A stretch of DNA of 64,000 nt, taken from assembly GCA_030390025.1 (NCBI GenBank), contig CM059438.1:69876001-69940000 (forward strand), given 5' to 3'. The position numbers and the translations under genes were made by a program. This DNA is from Squalus acanthias. Taxonomy: Eukaryota. Positions 34,566-45,884 of the stretch are shown here, piece by piece. The notes under the pieces were generated by a model. The model had not been told where the DNA came from. It saw only the letters and a program-made list of their open reading frames with translations, and made no database searches. Every line of letters begins with the position of its first letter. The stretch's first letter is position 1.

Positions 34566-37500
34566 TTTCAAATAAAACTGTTGGACTATAACCTGGTGTT
34601 GTGCGACCTCTCAATTTTCTATGAGATAGCCAGTTACTTATCCAATCGGCCAAATTTCCCTGGATCCCACAACTCCTTACTTTCTTCATGAGCCGACCAT
34701 GGGGAACCTTATCAAACGCCTTACTAAAATCCATGCATACGACATCAACTGCTCTACCTTCATCTACACACTTAGTTACCTCCTCAAAGAATTCAATCAA
34801 ATTTGTTAGGCAAGACTTACCCTTCACGAATCCGTGTTGACTATCCTGGAATAAGTTGCATCTTTCCAAATGGTCATAAAACCTATACCTCAGGACCTTT
34901 TCCATTATCTTACCAACCACCGAAGTAAGACTAACCGGCCTATAATTACCAGGGTCATTCCTATTTCCTTTCTTGAAGAGAGGAACAACATTCGCCACTC
35001 TCCAGTCCTCTGGCACCATCCCCGTGGACAGTGAGGACCCAAAGATCAAAGCCAAAGGCTCTGCAATCTCCTCCCTTGCCTCCCAAAGAATCCTAGGATA
35101 TATCCCATCTGGCCCAGGGGACTTATCGACCCTCAGGTTCTTCAAAATTGCTAAAACATCTTCCCTCAGAAAATCTACCTCCTCCAGCCTATCCACCTTT
35201 ATCACACTCTCATCCTCAAAAACATGGCCCCTCTCCTCGGTGAACACTGACGAAAAGTATTCATTCATCACCTCTCCTATCTCTTCTGACTCCATGCACA
35301 AGTTCCCACTACTGTCCTTGACCGGCCCTACCCTCACCCTGGTCATTCTTTTATTTCTCACATAAGAGTAAAAAGCCTTGGGGTTTTCCTTGATCCGACC
35401 CGCCAAGGACTTCTCATGCCCCCTCCTAGCTCTCCTAAGCTCTTTTTTTAGCTCATTCCTTGCTACCTTGTACCCCTCAATCGACCCAACTGAACCTTGT
35501 TTTCTCATCCTTACATACGCTTCCTTTTTCCTCTTGACTAGACATTCAACCTCTTTTGTGAACCATGGTTCTCTCACTCGACCATTTCCTCCCTGCCTGA
35601 CAGGGACATACCTATCAAGGACACGCAGTAATTGCTCCATGAAAAAGCTCCACTTTTCGTTTGTGCCTTTCCCTGATAGTTTCTGTTCCCATCTTATGCT
35701 CCCTAATTCTTGCCTAATCGCATCATAATTACCCCTCCCCCAATTATAAACCCTGCCCTGCCGTATGGCCCTATCCCTCTCCATTGCAAGAGTGAAAGTC
35801 ACCGAATTGTGGTCACTATCTCCAAAGTGCTCTCCCACATACAAATCAAACACTTGGCCCGGTTCATTACCCAGTACCAAATCCAATGTGGCCCCACCTC
35901 TTGTCGGCCTATCCACATATTGTGTCAGGAAACCCTCCTGCACACACTGTGCAAAAACTATCCCATCCGAACTGTTTGACCTATAAAGGTTCCAATCAAT
36001 ATTTGGAAAGTGGAAGTCACCCATGACAACTACTCTGTGACCTCCACACCTATTCATAATCTGCTTTGCAATTTCTTCCTCCACATCTCTATTACTATTT
36101 GGGGGCCTGTAGAAAACTCCTAACAACGTGACCGCTCCTTTCCTATTTCTAACTTCAGCCCATATTACCTCAGACGGCAGATCCCCCTCGAACTGCCTTT
36201 CTGCCGCTGTTAAACTATCCTTGATTAGCACTGCTACTCCTCCACCTTTCTTACCACCTTCCCTACTCTTACTGAAACATCTATACCCCGGAACTTCCAA
36301 CAACCATTCCTGTCCCTGTTCTAACCATGTCTCCGTAATGGCCACCACATCGTAGTCCCAAGTACCAATCCACGCTCCAAGTTCTCCTACCTTATTCCGG
36401 ATGCTCCTTGCATTGAAGTCGACACACTTCAAGCCACCTTCCTGTCTGCCGGTACATTCCTGCGACCTTGATACCCTCCTCAGTACCTCCCTACACTCAC
36501 CACTGGCTCCTGGACTACAGCCCTTTTTCCCATTCCCCTGACAAATTAGTTTAAACCCCCCCGAAGAGCCGTAGCAAATTTCCCTCCCAGGATATTGGTG
36601 CCCCTCTGGTTCAGGTGCAAACCGTCCTGTTTGTACAGGTCCCACCTTCCCCAGAATGTGCTCCAATTATCCACATAACTGAAACCCTCCCCCCTACACC
36701 ATCCCTGCAGCCACGTGTTTATCTGCACTCTCTCCCTGTTCCTCAACTCGCTAGCACGAGAATAGGTAGAATAGGAAGCAAAAATATTAGAGGAAAATAA
36801 ATTATAAGTGTGTTGCAATATATTTTAACCTGGCATCAGAATATGCTGCAATTCCATTTTGCTGGAAGTGATCTGATTAAGTTGACAGACCTTCGTAGGT
36901 GCTGACCTGAACCCAAATTCAAGCTATGGGTCCAATTCTGTGCAAGATCATCAAGCATTCAGTGTCTTAACTGCAAACATATATCAATATTTACCCATGT
37001 TAAACCAGTTTGATTAAAAAAATATATGGACTTAAAGGTTTCTTTTTGTAGATTTAAAAAAAAATTAGTGCTGTTACCACAGTTTCCCTGCTACATGTGT
37101 AATTTTCTATTTTGAGAGTACATCTATGTTACACTGCCTGTGTGCGGAAGGACTGTCTGAAAAGTGTCAAAAACAATGCAAAGGCTTTTGGTTTAAAGTT
37201 GCCATCATCCCAGTATCAAACCTGTATGATACACCTCACTGTAACTGGCATCGCTGTCCACTTTACACACCACGAAGACTGCGTTGTACACTGTTCCGGG
37301 CACTGGGCCAGTATATAGATTGCGTCAATCAACGCAGTTTTGGCTTCACATCAGTACAAGCCGTGCAGCATAATTCAGGTGTGAAGTCAGCCAAGACTTG
37401 TTGCGTCAGCTTCACAGTTGCAAAGAAAAGTTTAAAAAGTCAGGACACCTGGGAACCTTCCAGACTTAATTTTTGCATTGTTGAATGTCAGCAGAGAATT

Positions 37501-37628
37501 AGCAGGACAGTGAGATCTCAGCTACCATTAACAATCTCTGGGTGAGCAGAGATATGTGCAGGTGTGCAAACACGTATCCTCGGGCCTCCATTTTCCCTGG
37601 CCAGCGAGTGACGGGGAAGCCATGGCTG

Positions 37629-37790
37629 GATCTGAAACAGAAAATGCAGCAAGCACTCAGCAGGTCAGGCGCAGAGAAGCAAAGTTAACATTTCAGGCGT
37701 GCCCTTGTTTCTACCTGAAGTGTCTGCCTTGCTGAGTATTCCCAGCATTTATGTTTCAGATTTCCAGCATCTAAAGCATTTTGTTTTTTC
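37629..37790. mobile_element. Decayed palindromic PLE pLTR-end insertion
   Basis: atctgaaac..aaatgc..ctcagca ... tgctgag..gcattt..gtttcagat; same sequence family and layout as 41989-42208. Confidence 0.6.
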
Positions 37791-39408
37791 TTCTGTTCCA
37801 CCAGCTGGCCTGCTGTCACTCTAGGTAGCTTCTGGGTCTCGGACTGGAATCTGTATCTTCACAGCACTCTTAGACTTGTGTATGGGCTTGAGCATATAAC
37901 AGGAAATGAAAGGAATGTTGACGCCAACCAGGAATCTGACACATCAAATAGGACAGTAAACACTAAGATGTTCAGTACAGTCTTCCACAATACTGACTAA
38001 CATACCAGAGCTGCTACTTTTACCTCCACTACTTAATCTTTCTGAACAGCACTCAGTTAGTCTATTTGTATTCGGCCGTCTTGAGGGAGCAGTTCAGGCT
38101 GGTGGATTGCCCCGGAGCGATCTCACTTGTTCTCATTCTGTGTGTGTGTTATACAGCTGCAACTCTTGTGACCCTCACTGACCCCATGAGATGGCTGTTC
38201 TACACACTGCAGGGGGAGCTTTGCATGAAATCTCCAGGGAAGTGGGTTACAGAATGGCAGCAGACAATGTGTTTCTTTGTTGTAACAGTACCTGTTTGAA
38301 CAAACTCGAGACCATAAAACAAGCCGGGAAGCTGAGGGTGCCTTTGTCTCCAGAGTTTCACCTGTGGCAGGAAAGGCTATATAATCCGAATACTTAGCAA
38401 TTAATCATTCTTGTATTGATGTGTCCAGAGGGCATGTTTGGACTGCTAGAAATACTTATTTTAAGCCAGTAAAAACAGACTGCTTCCCCATATCCGTTTG
38501 ATGCCTGAGGCGGAGATAAGTCAAACTTGACATTTTTAAAATAGGGGACTCGCACAGCCATAACTTATTAGCTCCTTTGCTAAGTGCCCTACATAACAAA
38601 CATGGCTGTCATTGGAAGCTGCATGAATGAAATCTTTTTATTTCTGCAAATAATTAGCATTAATTGGTCTTATTAACTGCACACACTGAAACCTGAAACA
38701 TGTCAAACATTCCATGAAAATTGCAAATGTCCAATTAATAATATGTTTTGACTTTCAAATCAGTTTTGCATTGCAAATCGTTTCATGATTTTCTAATCAT
38801 CCCTGAGGCAACAAAACAAATGTGAGGTGATCAGATTGCACAAGCCCATGCCAATCTGAACTTTATTCAGGAATAATTAATCTTGTATGAACTCACATTC
38901 TCTGGTCGCAACACTACATTTACATTTTTGCAGAAGCATTTTTACTTTGTTGTTGCAAAGTTCTTGAATTCTCTTTGTGTTAGGTCTTCCTGGGCCACAA
39001 ATTATTGCTAATGATGCTCTGTGACTGGTTGTGAAGTGTTGTCAGGTTGGTATACTTATTTTCCCCTCTCTCTCCAATGGAAGGGCATTTCTTGATAACT
39101 GCCTGAGACTAGAATCATGCCACATAGGGCATGAACTTGCACTCCCATCACTCTGGTGCCCCTGCCCTCACCCCACCCTTCCCCCAAGTAACACCAATAT
39201 CCTCGATGTCCTCCCCCCCCCCCCCCCCCCCACGTGTGGGGCATTCCACCAAAAGGTATCTTCAATAAAGACCATTGCACTGTGGTTGATCTGCTAGGGA
39301 TGCCGCCACTGAGCTGCATAGCAAATTTTCTTTCCTCCCCCCCCCTCCCCTGACGGAGTCGTACGGTATCTGTCACCTCAATCATCTAAAGTCCATGTGT
39401 TGAGGGCA

Positions 39409-40388
39409 TGCGTCTGCGCTCACTCGGAGGTCAAACTCCAAACCATCGTCAACACCTTCACCGAAGCATACAAGAGCATGGGCCTTACACTAAACATCCG
39501 TAAGACAAAGGTCCTCTACCAACCTGCCCCCGACACACAGTACTGCCCCCCAATTATCAAAATCCACGACAAGGCATTGGACAACGTGGACCACTTTCCA
39601 TACCTCGGGAGCCTACTGTCAACAAGGGCAGACATCGATGACAAAGTCCAACACCGCCTTCAGTGTGCCAGTGCAGCCTTCGGTCGCCTGAGGAAGAGAT
39701 TGTTTGAAGACCAGGACCTCAAACCCGGCACCAAGCTCATGGTCTACAGAGCAGCAGTGATACCCACCCTGCTGTATGCCTCAGAGACATGGACCATGTA
39801 CAGCAGGCACCTCAAAGCACTGGAGAGGTACCACCAACGCTGCCTCCGCAAGATCCTGCAAATCCATTGGCAGGATAGGCGCACCAACGTCAGTGTTCTT
39901 GCTCAGGCCAACATCCCCAGCATCGAAGCTTTGACCACGCTCGATCAGCTCCGATGGACGGGTCACATCGTCCGCATGCCTGATACGAGACTCCCAAAAC
40001 AAGCGCTCTACTCGGAGCTCCGACACGGCAAGGGAGCCCCAGGTGGGCAGAGGAAACGCTTCAAGGACACCCTCAAAGCCTCCTTGAAAAAGTGCAACAT
40101 CCCCACCGGCACCTGGGAATCCCTGGCCCAAGACCGTACAAAGTGGAGGAGAAACATCCGGGAAGGCGCCGAACACCTCGAGTCTCTTCGCCAGGAGCAA
40201 GCAGAAGCCCAGCGCAAGGAGCGCACGTCAACCCAAGCACCCAACCTACCCGCCCCTTCAACCACCGTCTGCCCCACCTGTGACAGAGACTGTAGGTCCC
40301 GCATTGGACTCATCAGTCACCTGAGAACTCATATTTTTAATGTGGAAGCAAGTCATCCTTGGTTCCGAGGGACTGCCTAAGAAGTAGA
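39409..40388 (+). mobile_element. RTE-clade (BovB-like) LINE, 5'-truncated
   Basis: ORF 39397-40380 has GLTLNIRKTKVL, FPYLGS, LLYASETW, QLRWTGHIVRM and a C-terminal C2H2 CPTC...HLRTH. TSD GTTGAGGGCA (39399-39408, 40389-40398). Confidence 0.92.
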
Positions 40389-41798
40389 GTTGAGGGCAGG
40401 ATTATACTCAGCTTTCATACACTTATGATTGACTATCACTCATTGTCTAGGCTCACACAAGAAGAATGGTCACTTTGGTGTGACACTGGAGTGTTTCTGG
40501 TGCAGGTACAACAAAGTGGGTAAAAAAATGTGACTTTTTTTTACAAAGCACCCATATATGAATAGCTCAAATGCCTACCTGCCTTTTTAAAAAAAAAAGT
40601 ATTCTGTTGAACTGTTTGCTGTGTTTCCCACTCTAGTACCATCCCCCAGTGCCGTATACTGAGGTCTCCATTGATGATGGTGGGTCATGTTCAGTTCTCC
40701 ATTTAGCTTGAGGTTTAATCTCAGCCGTTGCACTCTGAGGAGATGCTGAGTAGAGGGAGAAGGTGTGCTCGCTGTCTGCTCACAGGGGGCATGGAAAACC
40801 AGAACGAAGGGGTTCCTCTGGTACGGTCTTGCACATCTCCTGGCAGAGAGTCAAACTTAAAATTTTGCCCCATAGGTCACATGGTAGAACTAACCTGTTG
40901 GTCACTATCAGTCTGTGAAGGTTAGCGAATGTTGTGGCAACATGGGCATGTTCCTTGAAACAGGACTAAGACTTGGTTAAATGTTTCATTATAAGCTGGT
41001 TTCAAATAGCAATGATATCTTATTTGAAAGGCACATTCAGAGACACAGTGTAAAATAACTGTTATTTAAAAGTATTCCTCCTCCGTGTACCTGCGCTTGC
41101 ACTTTCTTTTGTCTAAAACAAAAAAGAACCTATGGTATGGCTGGCAACTCGTAAGAAGCAAGCTGCTGCCGTTTTTGTTTGTTGTTTCAGCTGAGAGAAT
41201 CCTCCAATCCTCCTGCAGTGCGTTCAACAAGACACTTAGGAACTAGTCTTTGACTGTCGGCAAGTTTGACAAGATAATGAGACAGGAGGAACATTTTGCA
41301 TCTCACTGAGAGAAACTCTTTTTGACTCCACGGCACTGCACAGTTGGAGCTTTAAAGGTTTGCAGTGCAGCAGATCAGGATGGGAACTGGGCCCGACAAA
41401 CTCGCACACTGTGGAGACATCACTTGTCTCTCGGTATCTTGTGTTGTCAATGCTTGCTGTAGATGGTAGGGAAGGAAATACAGGTTCTTCAACTCAGACT
41501 TGGCTCATAAAGCAAAGTAGAACAATGTACAGATTCTGAGAGTGTGTGCAAGTGAAAACACTTGTAAATTAGGCCTCACTTTCAGTCACTCGGAGTGACT
41601 TATTTTTATGTTTGTGTTTGTTTCAAGTGAAGATACAGTTCTCCTGTTCTGGTCTTATTGATCTTAAAACAAATGAGGTGCTACATTTTCCAAGGCACTT
41701 TCATATTGTGCTTCAAGAGGATTGCTATTGAGGCAGGGATCCATGATTTCTGAGCCATTCTTTCCTTTTGCAAGTGATTATGGATCCTTTTAGAGAGA

Positions 41799-42498
41799 GA
41801 AAGAAAGAAAGACTTGCATTAATACAGCGGCTTTCATGGCCTCAGGACGTTCCAAAGCGCTTTACAACCAATGAAGTACCTTTGAAGTATAGTCGCTGTT
41901 GCAATGTAGGAAACGTGGCAGCCAATTTGTGCACAGCAAGCTCCCACAAACAGCAATGTGATCATGACCAGATAATCTGTTTTAGTGAAACAAAACGCTG
42001 GAAAAACTCAGCAGGCCAGACAACATCCGTGGAGAGAGAAAGAGAGTTAACGTTTCAGGTCGAACCTTCGTCGGAACGTTCCGAAGGGTTTCGACCTGAA
42101 ACGTTAACTCTCTTTCTCTCTCCACGGATGTTGTCTGGCCTGCTGAGTTTTTCCAGCGTTTTCTGTTGTTATTTCGGATTTCCAGCATCCGCAGTATTTT
42201 GCTATCGTATCTGTTTTAGTGATGTTGATTGAGGGACAAATATTGCCCAGGACACCGGGGATAACTCTACTGCTCCTCTTTGAAATAGTGCCATGGGATC
42301 TTTTACATCCACCTGAGAGAGCAGACAGGGCCTTGGTTTAATGTCTCATCCGAAAGACGGCACCTCTGACAATGCAGCACTTCCTCAGTACTGCACTGAA
42401 GTGTCAACCTAGACTTTTGTGCTCAAGTCTCTGTGGGACTTGAACCTGCAACCTTCTGAATCAGAGGCGAGAGTACTACCAACTGAGCCACGGCTGAT
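41799..42498 (-). mobile_element. Deu-domain SINE interrupted by a palindromic PLE-end insertion
   Basis: Collinear with 11778-12246 once 41989-42222 is removed. Confidence 0.88.
41989..42208. mobile_element. Short palindromic insertion made of two inverted PLE 3' ends
   Basis: 73-bp perfect arms 41992-42064 / 42090-42162 with hammerhead-like cores at the centre; 14-bp TSD ATCTGTTTTAGTGA (41975-41988, 42209-42222). Confidence 0.9.
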
Positions 42499-43365
42499 AG
42501 GGCCAGTGAGAAAAGAGACACTTGTTTTCTTCATTACCAACCACCACTCTCGGTACCCAGGAGAAATCAGTATTTGGACATCGCTGGGAGTGCAGATTTT
42601 GACTTTGTTGTTTTGTTGGGTATTGCAGGTACTGGGAGTCCGTGCTCCTGCCATCCATTGGCACACTGCCAATGTGAAGGTTTCTCCAGTTAAATGATTT
42701 TGGGCAGTTACTATCCTGCCTCTAGTGGGCATGGGCCTCCAGCACAAAACTGTCCCTAATTTGGCACTAATTGGCAACGTCACTCCAACAGGTCTGAGAT
42801 GGTTGGTGTCGGAGTGGAAAAATGACACACTGGGGCAGCAGGTGAAGCTCTTTTGAGGTTGGAATTGAGGCACGTGTTTAGGTAGATTTGAGGGAGCTTT
42901 GTTCTGTATCTAGCTGTGCTTTATCTTACCTGGGGATGCTTGACGCTGACACTGGATGATGTGAAATGGAAACTGACATCTCTCACCTTAATGAGCACAA
43001 GATAAGTGTTTTAAGAGTTAATAATGTGGCTCATTATTTGTTGTAAGACTCCTTCCTGGTAGTTCTCTCACTGTGTGCAGGTGAAAACACGTTCAAAATA
43101 GATTCCCAGATTGAAGACCTTTATTGTAATAGTTGTAAGCTGTTCGAACTGTGGAACTGCTCAGATCCATCGGGCAGTCCTTTTTAAATCCAAACTTGCG
43201 GCCACCCAAAAGCCACTTTTTGATTTGCCTTAACTTTCCTTTCTGCTTCAGCCTTGGTGATGACCTGTGCTTATGGGCCTTGACCTATCGCTCGCTTTCT
43301 GAACTTAAAAACAAAAGGAGGCAATTTATCTATGGCGGTTCAAGCAGCTGTGTCTTTTCTTGTAG

Positions 43366-43470
43366 GTGGGAGTGGAATTCTAAGAGCAGAAGAGGATTCT
43401 GGTACAGAAGCAGATGATGAGACGCATCTCACCTTCTACTCGGAACATAGAGGCAGGCGAAGAAGCAAAG
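43366..43470 (+). CDS. ASTN2: Internal coding exon of astrotactin-2 (cytoplasmic region ahead of the second transmembrane segment); 105 bp, phase 1-1
   Basis: Pyrimidine-rich acceptor tgtcttttcttgtag ends at 43365 and donor AAG|gtaatt starts at 43471. Translation (G)GSGILRAEEDSGTEADDETHLTFYSEHRGRRRSK(G) matches my recollection of ASTN2 GGISFGRAKGTSGSEADDETQLTFYTEQYRSRRRSKG better than ASTN1 (EAENDPQLTFY...RRRSR). The ORF track does not show this frame. Confidence 0.85.
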
Positions 43471-45884
43471 GTAATTAGATATTTAACATGACCTGGCAAC
43501 CTCGTGAATTTGCGCTCAGAAATGAGAGTGGTGGTCAAATTCCTGATTTTAGTTTGATCTCGCAGGATTAAGAGTGCAGCAAATTTTCATTTCAGCCATA
43601 TGCCATTGGCAGCTGCCTACCATGAAGAAAAAAATCTCTGTTTCTATCTCGGAGTGGAACACATCTTTTAAAACGGAGAAATTCAACATTAGCAAATTGC
43701 AGAATTGTCCTGTCATTTCCATCAAATGTATGGCAGATGATTTGTGGGAAGCAAGAAACAAATATGTGTCTAGGTTTTTTTCAGCAGTTTATGCTGAAAT
43801 ATGCAGAATCTTCACTTAAAGTGAATATTTACACAGATGCTGGTGCTGTCATAACATTTTCAAAGCTGGTTTGAACCCATATTAAATAACTTGTCACTCA
43901 ACATTGTTACTTTAATATTAACCGAGGAAATTAATTCTACAATGATGTTGAGTTGGCCTCAGAAGAGTTGCAACAGGCCTCAAAGGAAAAGCTGAAGGAA
44001 GACCAGAAGAGGGAAGGGAAACTGTGAAGGTTGGAGATGGAGGACAAATACACTGATGTTACTTGTAAGCGCCGAGTTTCGTTGTTCCTCATCTCTTCAA
44101 AGCTTCAAATTAACTGGTTGCTGGCTAGTTGGGAGAGTGAAATTTCCCAGACCTGACATGCGTCACCACACTTATAATGCACTCTACAGTTTTCACTTAC
44201 TGTGATAAAGGTGAATAAAGGTGCCATTTTACTCTCCCTTGGCCTTGTCCTAGTTTTCTCTTGGGGCTAGACTGTGTTTCCTAACATCCAGAATGAAAAC
44301 ACTCTATTCAAGAAGTAGACCTTCAAATTCCAAGGCCCTTTTCAGCCGTTTACATTTTCCCTGGGAGTTCAGCTGATCTCCCACCGAATTCCAAGGCCCT
44401 AATGCTTATTAAATGTCTACTTGCAAAACAAAAAGTTACATTTTCATTCCTTCAGTGGAAAAGAAAATGGCCTCTGGCTCGCTGAATCTAAAATTGCATC
44501 CCGCAGCGCTAATTTGGTAAACGTGCTGGCCAGTGAAACGGACAGATAGGAAGGTCCTAGGTTCAATCACTGCTCTGTGCTGGGGTATCTATACTCGGTC
44601 AGTGCTACAAATGGGGAGGGAACAAGAAAAAAAAACATCAGTCAGGGTTCCTGCTGCTGATACTTGGGTAAAGGTACCAGAGAGTGACAGGTGCCCATGT
44701 CACTGCACAAGTTAAAGCCTTCAGGAGTGGAGGGGAGAAAACTGTCCTCATTCAAATCCCATAGCACATGCACTTCCAGCAGGAGTCAATGGACAGTGAC
44801 CCATACTGGCAACCTTAATTGATTTGCTCCTCCCTAACTCAGATGCACTGAGGCCATTAAAAGTACCCCAACTGTGACCCTGGCTGCAATCATTCAGTAC
44901 AGACTGGGGAACAAATCTGGGACCTTCCTGCCTGTATGGCTCAGCTGTTCACTGAAACAACTCACTGAGCCATCTTGCCTAACTTGCATGCTTTTCAACA
45001 GATGGAAGCTTGGCATTGACTGATTTGGGGTCCGATTTACTCTTTGAATGACAGTTGGAAACTGAGCCAGTTGTCAGTGGCAGATTATCCTTTCCATTTA
45101 TGCAAATGCTTCAGTGCTAAATGCTCACACGAATATCAAGTATTCACATCACAACTTGAACCAGCAGTGATCCACTTGTAGAATCTGAGGCCCTACTTGA
45201 TGGCAATTAGCTTGAAGTAGCCACTTGCCCTGGAGTAACCTCAATGCATTTAAGATTATTGGCCTGAAAATAAATTGTTCACAAGAATCACCGAGGTGGA
45301 AGCTACATCTAAGGTGATCTGAATTAAGTTTGAAAGGCAAGATTCATGCACTCTTTGAAATGTGTGTTAATGTGCAAACATTAAACATTATTGTCACAAC
45401 AAGCCATGCTTCAGTGCTGCCTGCCCTGCAGCTACCCAGGGAGAAAAAATGAGCAGGTTATTATAAATGAGTCAACTACCAAATAGATTGTTTGTGCCTA
45501 CAACTACAAAAGAAAAGACACATTTTTTATTCATCATCACTAAGATGCACATGTAGAAAATAAAAGCCCTTCCTTGTTAATTCCTTGACCTCCATTCATG
45601 AGGTCTCTGAATTTCCATGAGATTGTGACTATGTTCCTTAATCCCAGACCACTGCTAATGTTCTCTGAAATGAACTGCCATGAAAGAGATACAGCACCGT
45701 TCTGCTTCCCACCTGCAGGAAAATACCAAAGTCTCCACTTGTCCACCTTCTCACTTGGTGAATATCGATCAAACCCTGTGTTCATCCCACTTGAAGGTAC
45801 TCAGTGCCAGTGATGCAATATTCAGTGTCACCACATTGCCATTACGATAATTCATTGTTTCAGCTTCTTTTCCATTAAGTCCTT

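Larger units (their letters stand above)
31513..34616. mobile_element. Neptune-type Penelope-like element as an inverted (3'-ends-outward) double insertion
   Basis: 31543-33008 is the reverse complement of 33153-34618; paired coordinates sum to 66161 at every point checked. TSD TTCTATGAGATA at 31501-31512 and 34617-34628. Confidence 0.95.
30464..36758 (-). mobile_element. CR1 LINE (ORF1 end and complete ORF2) interrupted by an inverted Penelope insertion
   Basis: ORF1 end at 36546-36758 (WDLYKQDGLHLN). ORF2 N-part lies in 34519-36666 up to NWLSHR and the C-part in 30533-31492. (TTCTATG)n tail at 30464-30480. Removing 31513-34628 restores NWLSHRRQRVVVDG in frame. Confidence 0.97.

Noticed and set aside
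34519..36666. 715-aa ORF that looks like a novel CR1-Penelope fusion protein
   Set aside because: It is CR1 ORF2 cut by the PLE insertion. The last ~33 aa are antisense pLTR read-through and the first residues are an alternative frame of ORF1.
38157..38299. Possible exon after ttatacag
   Set aside because: The translation does not resemble astrotactin and no good donor was found.
41181..41290. Strong-looking acceptor (gtttgttgtttcag) as another host exon
   Set aside because: The two frames I translated, including the phase-1 frame needed to join the known exon, hit stops within about 65 bp and show no astrotactin similarity.
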